A stretch of DNA of 64,000 bases. Origin: Barthelona sp. PAP020. Lineage: Eukaryota. Of the stretch, positions 40,701 to 49,942 are shown piece by piece. The stretch is taken from NCBI GenBank assembly GCA_040182905.1, contig JARQWU010000004.1:1-64000 (forward strand), read 5' to 3'. Under the pieces are notes generated by a model. That model was not told the DNA's origin. It saw nothing but the letters and a program-made list of their open reading frames with translations, and searched no databases. Every line of letters begins with the position of its first letter. The stretch's first letter is position 1. The position numbers were made by a program, and so were the translations under genes.

Positions 40701-43700
40701 AACCATCAATAAACCTTGGAAAACAGAACCAATGTCTCTTAAATTAAACGTATAGTGTGATTTTTGAGGAGTAGGAAGCAATTGTTTCCTGATCTCCTCA
40801 TAGAACAATGTTGCTACTTTTACCATACTGGAAGAAAGATTAGAAACTGATGGTGAAAAATGATGAACTTCATTGAATATGCGCATGACATTTTCATAAA
40901 TCTTATGGATATCTTTATCGGCAATGTCAACAAAACACATCACATTCATATGATGCAACAAACGGTCGGAAATTTCTTGACGTCCACCACCTGGGAAACC
41001 CATTGCAGAAACGACAGACACATCTACTATTTTGCGGAAAACATTTGTGTCACGATTATACCATCCATCATAATCAAAGAATTGTCTCAATAACTCAAGG
41101 GGAGGTTGAGCACCATATTGTTGTTTCATTGGCATATTCAAATCATCAACAAAGATAATACCTTGATGACCCATTGGTGGACCGTAAACATTCATTCTAC
41201 GACGTGAATCAATTCTCATATCAATAAAATCTTGTGTTTGATTGACATTTGTTTGAGCTGAGAAGTATAGCATCACATTATGGTAATAATTTAAGTTCAT
41301 ATTAGGCTTAGGCTTAGCGTTTTCCTCTTTAACAAGTTTAACAGCATTATTATGACTAAACAGATGTTCTTTAAGAATTGCTGTCTTTCCAACACCTGTG
41401 GCACCAACAAACAGAATGTTTTTATTATTCTTAATAAGTTTTTCAGCAAGGTAAGTATATTTAACTGTGTCTTCAGTTTCAATCAACCAAGAGGAAGGAT
41501 TAAGATCTTCTTGTTGAAGATATTCCATATCTTCTCCAGCGGGAATCAAACTTTCAGTAGTTAGGTGAGACATCTCATCACGCCAAAAAGACCAAGAAGT
41601 TTGGGTATAATCCCAATACAAATCAAATATATTCGAATTCTTTGGAGGTAAAGTCTGGAATGATACACGAGCTATTCCATCCTTTGGATCAATCAGACCC
41701 ATAACATGTTTATTGAAAACATTTCGTCCATATTCATCGGTGCAAGATCCAAATGACCAAGCAAGAGAAAAAATAAACAAATTTTGAATGTGTGCTAATC
41801 TAAATGGACGCTTTGATTCAAAGGCTTCATCTGTTTCATCATCCTCTTCTTCTTCTTCAACAAAAGGTTGTTCAAAAGGATTGACAATCCTAGGAATTTC
41901 TTCTACTTTTTCTTCAACTTTTTCCTCCTGTAATTCAATTGACTCACCAATAATCATTGAAGGAATTCTACTGAGTTGCTTTTCTTCTTCAACTTTTTCT
42001 TCTTCAATTTGAGCTTGTTTATCCAACAATCTTTGTCTTTCAATTTCAAGACGAGTGCCAAAACCAAAAGCCTCAAATAATAAAGTTTCATACAAATTCA
42101 AAAGGTATTCAATCAAATGATGAGGACTAAGTGTCACTTTTTGTTCGATTCTTCTTCTTCCAATTTCAAGAACAGAAGGAATCATCCAATTGAACAATTC
42201 TTCCAATTCAACTCGGAACCGTTGAATTGCGCGAGGCATTGTTTTAATCCAACTTTTAAATAAACTTTCCCAACCTATTGCTTGTTGTTCCATGTAGACC
42301 ATACCACAACGTGATACAGTGGCAGGTGATGCCTGAGAAAGATCATCTACTTCAAACATCATTGTCATATGAGGAGACAGACGAATATTAGCACCGTTAG
42401 CCAGACAAAGCATTTTGTTATCATCTAAAACAGTATTCATGTTTTCAATCCACAACGCATCAACAGGACCATCAAACACACACCATTGACGATCTGTGCT
42501 AGATTCACCTTTTTTTGATTGCTTTTGAACAATGGTACCAATAACACCATTAACAAATTCATGTGATACAAGATCAAACGAACCGTACAGTTGTGAAATA
42601 TCTAAAGCCTTTGGATTGATATAATCAATAGATACAGGTCGAATGAAAGGATTTTTCTCTTCAAGCAACCCATTTTCAACGGCAAAATCTTGTGCTTTGC
42701 TGAACTTTGTCAATGCTTTTGACAGTACTTTGATTAAGGTTGTTTTACCTGACAATGAATCTCCAATAACCATTAAACCATGACGAACTCTGATTGTTTC
42801 AAACAACTGAACAATCTTCTTCATGAACCCTTCGGTCTTAATCAATTTCTGTTCAGATAAAACGTATTCGGTATGACGATACAATTCAGTATAATCGATC
42901 TCTTTGTTCTTGATTGAAGGGAACAGATCCAAAATAATGTTTTTGAAGAGTTTCGTATCATCCAAGAGGAATTTAGGCATATTAGCATCAAGAAGTGATC
43001 TATAAACCAAAAATTTCTCATCTTCATCAGGCATTTCTTGTTTAAGCAAAGCAGCACTTGATAAAACTGTTTTAACCGCACGCATACCAAAATCATAATG
43101 GAATTGAGAACTCAATTGTTCAGAAGATAATTGGAAAGTTGAAACAAGTTTTCTAGCAAGAGGTCTTGCATCAGAAAAACCATTAGAAAACAGCATAATT
43201 TCAGCAATTAAAGAATAATCAGGAACTTGCATTGATACACCACGGAATAAAGCTTTAAGATTCTCAGGCAATTCAGTACGTCCTGCATAACCAGGGTTCA
43301 TTGTGATAAACACCGCACATGAAGGCAATAATTTGATACGTGTTCCTTCAAACATAAAGTTAGTGGCCTTTTCACGAATAGCCTGTTGCATAGTCAGAAT
43401 TTGTTGTGCAATAACAGATAAAACTTCAAGTTCAATACGGTTAAATTCATCAAAACATGCCCAAGCACCTGACGACGCAAGACCCTTGAAAAATTTACCC
43501 ATAATCTTATAATCAAGACCTTCCGAACAATTCATAACCACACAATAATTTCCTAAAGCTTTGGCCAAATCTTTTACGGTTTCAGTTTTACCAGTACCAG
43601 CGGGACCAGCAGGAGCACCACCCAAATTGAAATTTAAAGCATTTGTTAATGTCATGTAACATTTATCTGTAAGTGGTGTAATGACAAGACGAGAAGAATT

Positions 43701-46700
43701 TCCAATGTATTCATAAGAGTATTTAATTGAAGAAGAAACCTGTTTGACCCATAATTGTTCATCTTCCAAATAATATCTCAATTGAGAAGACCATTCAAAA
43801 GAATCTGTGGATGAAACACCAACATCAACCATATTTGCAACCACATCTCTTGCATGTACATCAACAGTGATTAATGCACTCAAAAGTGTACGTTGTGATT
43901 TTGTCATTTTGCGTTGAACAACATGCACTAAATCGTCAATTTGTCTTGTCAATAAATCACAGTTTTCTTTTAAACCACGAGTTCCTTTCAACAGTCCCTC
44001 TTCAACACCACTGGTCCACATTACTTGAGTCACTGCCAAAACTACCTGAGCTGGCCAATTCATAATCCATTCAGTACGTGAACGATCAACATAATCCATA
44101 GCAGATGTGTTAATCAATTCTTTCATGGTAGATATCATAGTTGCTTCTAACTTTGTCAACCATTGTTCAACCAAAGAGGAAGGTACAATTTGAGTATTCA
44201 ATTTAACATTTTCTCCCTCAGAAGAACGCATAGTGTGGAAAACATAACCATTTCCTTTCTCTTTATAATCTAAATATGCAATATTAGCAAAGATTTTACG
44301 AAGATGTGGTTGAACCTTCAAAGGATCTTTGGTTTCACTCAAAATTTCCAACAAACCATCATCAGACAAAAAGTAGAAACGAGGGAAAGCTTGACGTTTG
44401 GTCTCCAAATATTTGTTAAGACTCTTCATAATCTCTTCCAAAATGTTGTTCATTTCAACAAAAGTAGTCAACAGTGATTCATCAGACAATTGTGATTTAA
44501 TAAATGAATTTGTTGATACTTTTTTCATGACTGTTCTGAAAATCTTATCAATATTTACAAAACGTTTGTGTTCTGCTGGTAATTGTTTTCTGATATCATT
44601 TGAAGAAAATATAGGGGAAAGATACATCCAATTTGTCTGCAATTTTGTCCAATTTTCGAGAGTATCCTGTAACAACATAAGGAAGCTTTCAAAATCAATA
44701 GTTCTTCCTTCAAATTGTTTGATAAAGGGTGAAGAGCGAAGAGTTTGTGTTATCATCAAATCTTCATCCAACTTTTCAAAAATATCATTAACATGTGTCA
44801 AAATACTTGTTTCAAATTCTTCAGCATATTTGGTTGAAAATTCCATGCGAATCCAAGAAGTTTCCATACGTTCAAGAGCAATTTCCAACTTGTATTCACG
44901 TGTAGCAACTGTGGAGATATCGTTAAAATCATCCTTCAAGTCTTCAACATCAAATTCGAGAAGGTCAACAAGCCTTAATTTACTAACACCTTCTAAATCT
45001 AAACCAATCAGTTGACAAATTTCATTCCAATGTCTTGTACGAAGTCCAGGTGCTCTTAATGGTATGATGATATCAAGGTGAACATTAAATTCATTCAAAC
45101 GAAGCTTGAGGTTGTCAAGTAAGTTCAAAACACCATCATTATCTTTGTAATGTCTTGCAGCTTTGGTGATTACACCATACCACTCTTCAAATAGTTTTGG
45201 TATCAAAACAGGATCAAGATTGGCAAACATACCATGCATCCAATCTGGATAACGCTTTGAAAAATCGCTAGCAACACGCCAAATGTTGCTACAATGAACG
45301 AAATCATCATTAATAGTCTTCAATTGACGAAATTTAGTGACTTGGAATTCAAACAATTTTTCATGTTCATTCAATTTCTTGATATTCATGTCTAATTCAC
45401 TGAGTTCAGTAGCAACAACCATGCAATCACTGTAGTTCTCATCAAACATTTCCAAATTATCCAAAGCTTGTAATGTTTGAACACTTGTACTGATTTCATT
45501 GATTCTCTCCAACAAACGATCTTTTTTATTGATAAGTTCATCTTGGAACTTAGTTTTTTGTTCATTAATTTGATACTCAATATTATGAATCTCAGAATTG
45601 AGATGTGCTGGACATTGAAGAATATCAACATATTTTTCTAAATAATCATCCTCAACAGAATGAGCATATGTATCAAACAAAGAATATTTTAGCATTAAAT
45701 TTTTGATGAATGCAGAAAGACGCTTGGTATACTCATTACATTCGACATTGACATAATTGATAAGCTTAAAAAGTTCTTCAGGTGTATTACAAGGCTTTTC
45801 CAATGTTTCTAAACATACAAGATACTCTTCTTTATATTTAACCATTTCTTCATTCAATTTTGTTTCAAAGAATGTTAAAATGTAAGTAATAAATTCATTA
45901 ATTTTTGTTTTCAAAATATTGATGAATCTTTCACAATCAATATAAACTAAAGAGAGAATAATGTCTTCAGAAAATAATCTTTCAAGAACATGAAGATTCT
46001 TTTTGTGATTATCGATTTCTTCACTCCATAAACTAAGCTCATATTCAGTTGAATTCTTTTTTAAATCATATGCTTCAACCTTTTCATTGACAACTTCAAT
46101 AAACTGAGTTAAAAACGTGTTTTTATCAACTACTAAATAAAATTTAAATGGATCTATGACTTTTAATATCTTCTTACAAGTTTGTTCAATTTTTTTCATT
46201 CCATTTGTGACATAAGTCTTGCAATCGATAAAAAGATTATCTTGTTGGAATTTTTTCAAATTGAAATCAGTCTGTTTAGCATTAACACGCAAAAACACTT
46301 GATTAATCAACCTTGGTATGTTTTCAACAGATTTTATCAATAAATCAAACACAGAATTTAAAACACCATGGATTGAATCCAATGATGGTAAAAATGTAAT
46401 ACAATCCTTTTCCTTAGAATAGTCAAATTCAATTTGAAACAAACAATTTCCTTTGCTTAATTCATTCATTGAAAGAGGAGATTCCTTTTGAATTAAATCA
46501 TTGATATCTAAATCAAAAATACTGTTATCAAAATCAAATCTACCGATATAATGACCAAAAAACATTTTCAATTCTTCTGTGGTCAATTTCAATAGTTCAA
46601 ACAACATGTCATCAATCCTTAACTCAACAACTCTTAAAAATGATAGAGTTTGAGAAAAAACTATTTGTTCAGTACTAAATTCTTTGACTTTGGTAGCAAT

Positions 46701-48704
46701 CTTAACTTGAGACATATCAGGTAACTCAGATTGAGTTGAAATACGATGATCAAACGATGGTTCAATTTCATCAAAAGAATGATTTTGTTTTGGTAATTGC
46801 AAAGAATTCAAGGTGTTATCAGTTAAATTACTGTTTTTTCTGGATATATGTTTGCTAGAAAATTCCATTGATTCATTCTCTTCCATTTCAACACTCAATA
46901 ATTCATCTCCAAAATCACTATCCATAAGTAATTGAGAATCATCTTCTAAATTACCTTCTATCATTGATTTTCCTTCATTTTCCTCAAGGTCAACTTCTTT
47001 CCAATCATTAATTTCAAGATTTTGTTCAACACACAATTTATCCAGTCTCTTAAACAGTTTTTTAAGAAGTAATTCATCAACTTCATCAATTTTGGGTACT
47101 GTAGCAATAGAACTTACCATTATATCAATATCATGTTGCTCAAGTGTGGTTTGAAGTAATTCAGCAACACTAGGAATAATTCTCTTTCTTAAAACATCAT
47201 TACTTTCAGCAGATTTTCTCATTTGAAGTTCAGAAAATGAATCAACAGTTAAAGGAAAAGACGTGAATGACATCCCTCCTTGGAAAGTTTCTAATAATCT
47301 AAATTGTTCCTTTTCAACCAGATGAAACCAGTTTAAATACATTGTATTCAACAATTGATTCAAATGAGGCTGTACATTAAATAATCTCTTGGAAATAAAC
47401 ATCGCAGTAGTCTTCACAAATCCACAAGGTAATTGTTCGGATGTTCCTTCCAATAAAGAATTGGTTAAAGGAACAATAACTTCTCTGAATGGAATAACTA
47501 CTCCAATAGCAGCTAATTGTTCTTTATATTGCTTATCATTTCCCAAATACATTTCTTTTGCGACAATCATTGCGCGTTTAAAGTTGACACGCACTTCTTT
47601 TACAATTTGTTGAAGCAAAAATGCAATATAATTTGGAGGTCTAGCAAATCGAAGAGCAGGTCCAATGGAATTTATTATATTCTCTAAAAATACTGGAGGA
47701 AGCGTTTGTAAATCAACATTCTTTTCCAAAAGATCTTCAACATATAAATTAAACCTCAAATCTCTTTCTTTTTCTTCTCTTCTCTTTTTCGCTTCTTCCC
47801 AACGTTCTTCCCATTTACTTTGGTCTTCCGCATCAAAAAGCAAGTTATATCTCTTCACTTTTTTAACTTGTTCATTGTGCATAAATTTTACAACATATTT
47901 TTCCGTCTTCTTTTCATAATCCAGTACAAAACAAGGTTCCAAATAGTAACCGTCTTTTATCTTTCCATCACTATCAGTATCCCCAATAGTTTTGCTAAAA
48001 TAATACCATGATCTCGCAGGTGTTCCAATCAATCCACTATTCGGTCCAAGGCTAACCCATTCTTCAGGAGAATGTGTTTCTAATTCAGAATTATCAAATA
48101 ACATCAAATCTAGAAATGATGTCTTTTTCGATATTTGCTGAAGCATCGTCATGTCATTCCTTGTTTCAAGTTCATTTATAATACTTTTTGATACATAATA
48201 TGCGGGAATATTTAATTTTTCCAAAATTCTGTAAACCTTTGATTCTTTGGTTTCTTCAACTTTTGATTCTATTTTTGCACCATGAGGAGCAACAGCACCA
48301 GGTATTTCTTTGAAAACTTCTTTTCCAACAAAAGTTGTATACATATCTACTATTTCGTCTTTTGTTGCGTATGGAGATTCAGCTATACTTGGATGTTTTG
48401 AAGTAGGAATGGAAAAATTGGGAAAATTTTCGGGCTTTTCTTCTTTCAATCCATAATATGTTGGCATATTTGTTTCAATCGCAGGGCGGTAATTTGATCC
48501 AGGTTTCATACCAGTTACACGTGGTGGATCAAAGGGATTTCTAGATATTTCATCCAATTTTGTCAACAACCCATCAACAGAAGGTTTTTGAGATTTAAGA
48601 TTTCTTGACTTTGTTCTCGATTGACTCCTTCTGCTGGGTGCTCTCCTATCGACTTGTTCTGACAAGAATTGACTCTGTTCTTTTAAACGATTCAGAGCAT
48701 CCAT
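34797..48704 (-). CDS. DNAH1: Axonemal inner-arm dynein heavy chain, DNAH1-like (4635 aa, single exon)
   Basis: P-loops GPAGTGKT, GDSLSGKT, GATGVGKT and GLGGSGRQ; stalk/MTBD; C-terminus HWIRRGVALLC. The N-terminal LLFDAED...RFNLYVE segment is characteristic of DNAH1-type tails. The subtype is less certain than the family. Confidence 0.9.
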   Translation of the reverse strand: MDALNRLKEQSQFLSEQVDRRAPSRRSQSRTKSRNLKSQKPSVDGLLTKLDEISRNPFDPPRVTGMKPGSNYRPAIETNMPTYYGLKEEKPENFPNFSIPTSKHPSIAESPYATKDEIVDMYTTFVGKEVFKEIPGAVAPHGAKIESKVEETKESKVYRILEKLNIPAYYVSKSIINELETRNDMTMLQQISKKTSFLDLMLFDNSELETHSPEEWVSLGPNSGLIGTPARSWYYFSKTIGDTDSDGKIKDGYYLEPCFVLDYEKKTEKYVVKFMHNEQVKKVKRYNLLFDAEDQSKWEERWEEAKKRREEKERDLRFNLYVEDLLEKNVDLQTLPPVFLENIINSIGPALRFARPPNYIAFLLQQIVKEVRVNFKRAMIVAKEMYLGNDKQYKEQLAAIGVVIPFREVIVPLTNSLLEGTSEQLPCGFVKTTAMFISKRLFNVQPHLNQLLNTMYLNWFHLVEKEQFRLLETFQGGMSFTSFPLTVDSFSELQMRKSAESNDVLRKRIIPSVAELLQTTLEQHDIDIMVSSIATVPKIDEVDELLLKKLFKRLDKLCVEQNLEINDWKEVDLEENEGKSMIEGNLEDDSQLLMDSDFGDELLSVEMEENESMEFSSKHISRKNSNLTDNTLNSLQLPKQNHSFDEIEPSFDHRISTQSELPDMSQVKIATKVKEFSTEQIVFSQTLSFLRVVELRIDDMLFELLKLTTEELKMFFGHYIGRFDFDNSIFDLDINDLIQKESPLSMNELSKGNCLFQIEFDYSKEKDCITFLPSLDSIHGVLNSVFDLLIKSVENIPRLINQVFLRVNAKQTDFNLKKFQQDNLFIDCKTYVTNGMKKIEQTCKKILKVIDPFKFYLVVDKNTFLTQFIEVVNEKVEAYDLKKNSTEYELSLWSEEIDNHKKNLHVLERLFSEDIILSLVYIDCERFINILKTKINEFITYILTFFETKLNEEMVKYKEEYLVCLETLEKPCNTPEELFKLINYVNVECNEYTKRLSAFIKNLMLKYSLFDTYAHSVEDDYLEKYVDILQCPAHLNSEIHNIEYQINEQKTKFQDELINKKDRLLERINEISTSVQTLQALDNLEMFDENYSDCMVVATELSELDMNIKKLNEHEKLFEFQVTKFRQLKTINDDFVHCSNIWRVASDFSKRYPDWMHGMFANLDPVLIPKLFEEWYGVITKAARHYKDNDGVLNLLDNLKLRLNEFNVHLDIIIPLRAPGLRTRHWNEICQLIGLDLEGVSKLRLVDLLEFDVEDLKDDFNDISTVATREYKLEIALERMETSWIRMEFSTKYAEEFETSILTHVNDIFEKLDEDLMITQTLRSSPFIKQFEGRTIDFESFLMLLQDTLENWTKLQTNWMYLSPIFSSNDIRKQLPAEHKRFVNIDKIFRTVMKKVSTNSFIKSQLSDESLLTTFVEMNNILEEIMKSLNKYLETKRQAFPRFYFLSDDGLLEILSETKDPLKVQPHLRKIFANIAYLDYKEKGNGYVFHTMRSSEGENVKLNTQIVPSSLVEQWLTKLEATMISTMKELINTSAMDYVDRSRTEWIMNWPAQVVLAVTQVMWTSGVEEGLLKGTRGLKENCDLLTRQIDDLVHVVQRKMTKSQRTLLSALITVDVHARDVVANMVDVGVSSTDSFEWSSQLRYYLEDEQLWVKQVSSSIKYSYEYIGNSSRLVITPLTDKCYMTLTNALNFNLGGAPAGPAGTGKTETVKDLAKALGNYCVVMNCSEGLDYKIMGKFFKGLASSGAWACFDEFNRIELEVLSVIAQQILTMQQAIREKATNFMFEGTRIKLLPSCAVFITMNPGYAGRTELPENLKALFRGVSMQVPDYSLIAEIMLFSNGFSDARPLARKLVSTFQLSSEQLSSQFHYDFGMRAVKTVLSSAALLKQEMPDEDEKFLVYRSLLDANMPKFLLDDTKLFKNIILDLFPSIKNKEIDYTELYRHTEYVLSEQKLIKTEGFMKKIVQLFETIRVRHGLMVIGDSLSGKTTLIKVLSKALTKFSKAQDFAVENGLLEEKNPFIRPVSIDYINPKALDISQLYGSFDLVSHEFVNGVIGTIVQKQSKKGESSTDRQWCVFDGPVDALWIENMNTVLDDNKMLCLANGANIRLSPHMTMMFEVDDLSQASPATVSRCGMVYMEQQAIGWESLFKSWIKTMPRAIQRFRVELEELFNWMIPSVLEIGRRRIEQKVTLSPHHLIEYLLNLYETLLFEAFGFGTRLEIERQRLLDKQAQIEEEKVEEEKQLSRIPSMIIGESIELQEEKVEEKVEEIPRIVNPFEQPFVEEEEEDDETDEAFESKRPFRLAHIQNLFIFSLAWSFGSCTDEYGRNVFNKHVMGLIDPKDGIARVSFQTLPPKNSNIFDLYWDYTQTSWSFWRDEMSHLTTESLIPAGEDMEYLQQEDLNPSSWLIETEDTVKYTYLAEKLIKNNKNILFVGATGVGKTAILKEHLFSHNNAVKLVKEENAKPKPNMNLNYYHNVMLYFSAQTNVNQTQDFIDMRIDSRRRMNVYGPPMGHQGIIFVDDLNMPMKQQYGAQPPLELLRQFFDYDGWYNRDTNVFRKIVDVSVVSAMGFPGGGRQEISDRLLHHMNVMCFVDIADKDIHKIYENVMRIFNEVHHFSPSVSNLSSSMVKVATLFYEEIRKQLLPTPQKSHYTFNLRDIGSVFQGLLMVRPSEVKTVEGMLRHFVHEVERSFMDRLIDDDDRIWAVSTLGKFVKEEFKTCAIDEVMDLSKPSPTTGIRVADFSGGADENRLYTEITDSSGLHNVIEEYLENYNIDHRDKPMDLVVFDYFEKHLLRVTRTLRQSGGHLLLLGLGGSGRQSITRLAAYINEMKIFQPEITQSFTNNDWQDFLKNLMRTAGVDNKPSVFLFVDTQILRESFIEDINNLLNLGEVPNLFQPDEQREVLDNITDEAQAHGMGDSRLSIWNFFVNRCRKNIHVTLAFSPEREGFRARLRQFPSLVNCCYLDWFTPWPNDALINVGRFVLNSGLIDSPEYNREAERMRHDEIKNLMDYPLHHFVENMDTYIETAVKLHSLAANMTSQYNKEMKQKMHVTPTSFLNFLENFRLLLIKQASALSNRIAKYAGGFAKLEETSVNVAEMQITLKKLKPELKEAGEKAERIMEKIAKESTETERVRSSVAKQQASTQKEFAEAEAIEADCNSDLEKAMPLVRKAEAALENISQREITELSSFTNPPKGVRVTMEAVCIMFGLRAEKNPQTREKDFWPVAQRMLSGARRFFESLSNFDRDDIQASVIAKIQPYIERDDFAVDVITKSSSAAGALCEWVHAMYTFYHVLQEVLPKREKLKEAQEKCAVLQKLLDEKTAELNKLEASLKKLTDEYEAAVSDKERYEYEYNRCETQLERARKLLDGLKDEHVTWKVAAESSKKLTTTIKGDVLLSAAFVTYLNCVTQSYRSQLVEKWRNECLRAEILHSADWSLITTLGDPVVIRNWQINMLPNDDFSAENGICTYNSKLWPFFIDPQSQATSWIKTLEEGRNLKILQFSDPNWVKQLEMCITLGTPVLIENITNHFDPILDSLLLKRTIKQGGVTMIKLQNLVSYHPDFNLYLSTKLASPTLSPDQMAKLNVINFSLTHAGLTDQLLGIVVQSWEPELEKKKNSFIVKTADMEKSKLDTENRILELIFGAGDDLLEDEVLIETLQNSKRTSREIEDEMIIIKRTTAQIEEKRGNFRPVADISAVIYFALSDLIFIDNMYQYSLGWFLQLFEKSLANAPAEIKQGSPPIFFVYGIREEIQPVTNINQLASGGAQLPPLNRIETRSSSLFSHFMNSVFNNVCRSLFSKDKLNFVLLLLIKLLLRRDLMTQKEFLYFLTEGTALELIDADKLPAPWITADMWKNIKALSRELPCFKDLDQHICEHVDEWSEYYNKDDGHLDLPERNYYGTNMMQRLLIIKTFRPDKFLQNVKRTITRLLGQDYLSFPLMDLATVFQDSNCSLPLVFILSPGANPVSDLLAFAETVGKAGKSFHSVSLGQGQGAIAEALIENGIDRGHWILLQNCHLAPSWMPSLTKIVERISPNTTHKDFRLWLTSMPTESFPSSILQNAVKMTNEPPTEVRSNLLSNLSIIANESSFEFDEFLNEDLIDNPIDVAQDPSKVVELGMALPRLQEDSEHVLRRKRARFRRTLFYNIALFHAVVLQRRKYGPLGFNIPYEFTEGDLRISLHQLNLFLGTESTIGDDIVVPWKALRYLVSVVNYGGRVTDRWDERTMAILLELFCSQQSLDKVMNRKELLLIESTRILDRQGLGVWEYPTPDTDMDRLTQHVRNIQTEDTPDMFGLHLNADITSAISNTKDVLDTLLETQPSLALQSEGEGSSMEVLARGILSRLPLMFDDDKVKEELPVDYKESLNTVLVQEITSYNRLIDTIKTSLTQLLLATQGKIVMTADLEDVSNALILGRVPKVWKTKSFISQKNLANWYENLLDRFSFIRRWKSEGKLPFIWLSGLFFPQSFLTGLLQNYARKYSIPIDELVFDFTVWQDTTTKTEHSQLEQMQFLKPLDDDGVWFTGLFLQGASYSIERKRLEEAKPKELFQEMCAIWLKPCKRIVIPALKPRPADMPFGSHPADKFYDCPVYRTAFRAGVLSTTGHSTSYVLTIRLPTGKYPGAHWIRRGVALLCEID

Positions 48705-48886
48705 ATATTCAAAGTTAAAAATTAAATGAACATTTTTTTTTGTTTTTCAAAAAAAAACCGTTTTATTCATATATTTGGATGTATAAAAACTTTTCTTTGA
48801 TAAGAATAGAATTGCACAAAAAAAAAGGAGTTTAATAAAAAAAAACAAACTTATCAAAATTCTTTTTATGTGGTCAAATATTCATT

Positions 48887-49777
48887 ATGAATGAATCAGA
48901 ATTTGTAATTGATGAAAAAGTACGTAATATTGATTTTTATAATTTGCAACAATTGACATTTTCAAGAAAAATATTATTGGATTTGTATTTGAAAGAAAAC
49001 TTTTCTACTTTAGTTCCTGGATTATTTTGTAAAATTTATTATGAAGAAGAATATCATATTGCAAATATTATTGAAGTTTTGCAAATTCAAAATGGTTATC
49101 TAATGAATGATGATATTGTTTTTAAGGTATTGAAAGTGAAAGTTGATGAACGAAAATCTCCATTTTTGATTTCCTTTGCTTCTGTATCCGATAAACCTAT
49201 TTCTACACTTGATTACAATAAAACCGAATTAAATTTACCTAGAAAAGAAGATTTAATTGAAAAAATGAGAATTTTTGTGGAACATTATCCCGAAATTTTG
49301 ATATATTACAAACAGTTTTATGGTTTTGATTCAAAAGATTTATTCTTTTTTGATTTAGAGTTATTTAAGGATTTACCAACAGACTATAAGCATAAAGTGT
49401 TCAGGTCTAATGATTCGAATACAAATCTATGGATAAATGCGGGATTAAACAAAGGTAGGGGAAGACCACCCAAAGAGATTCCTTGGAATTATGTTTTGGA
49501 TCAAATATCAAAAGAAGTTTCATTATCAGCAATTGCCCGTGAAATAGGTGTTACTTTGTTAACTTTGAAAAAAAGATTAATCTCAGAACATCCTGAATTG
49601 TTTGAAAATCTTCCTCAAAAGGATGAAGAAGATGTAGATGTGAATATTATGGATATTGATCAAGTTCTTGAAGATATTGATAATTATTCTGATGATACTG
49701 TTGATTCAGGTGCAGATTCAGATGTTGATGAATTAGAAACAACTGATATTTCCAATAAATATGATGATATTTTTTAG
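48887..49777 (+). CDS. Plus3-domain protein (Rtf1-like domain) with GRGRPPK + HTH and an acidic tail
   Basis: LTFSRKILLDLYLKENFSTLVPGLFCKI...YHIANI...SVSDKPIS fits Plus3. It is followed by GRGRPPKEI...SLSAIAREIGVTLLTLKKRL (HTH). Confidence 0.7.
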   Translation: MNESEFVIDEKVRNIDFYNLQQLTFSRKILLDLYLKENFSTLVPGLFCKIYYEEEYHIANIIEVLQIQNGYLMNDDIVFKVLKVKVDERKSPFLISFASVSDKPISTLDYNKTELNLPRKEDLIEKMRIFVEHYPEILIYYKQFYGFDSKDLFFFDLELFKDLPTDYKHKVFRSNDSNTNLWINAGLNKGRGRPPKEIPWNYVLDQISKEVSLSAIAREIGVTLLTLKKRLISEHPELFENLPQKDEEDVDVNIMDIDQVLEDIDNYSDDTVDSGADSDVDELETTDISNKYDDIF

Positions 49778-49942
49778 TATCTGTGTAATAGTCAGTTTGT
49801 GAAATAAAATTTTAGTTTTTTCATTTTTATTATTGTTATCATTATTTTGAACTTTTCAAGATTCTTATTCAAAAGTTTTTGATATGACTAAATAAACAAT
49901 GAAGGATTGTTTGAGATGTTCATTTTTTTTTATTTCTTTATT

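Noticed and set aside
35246..48011. Numerous 60-205 aa ORFs nested in or antisense to the dynein gene (likewise within CCT7, VPS35L and others)
   Set aside because: They are shadow ORFs of long coding sequences, with non-ATG starts or no recognisable motifs.
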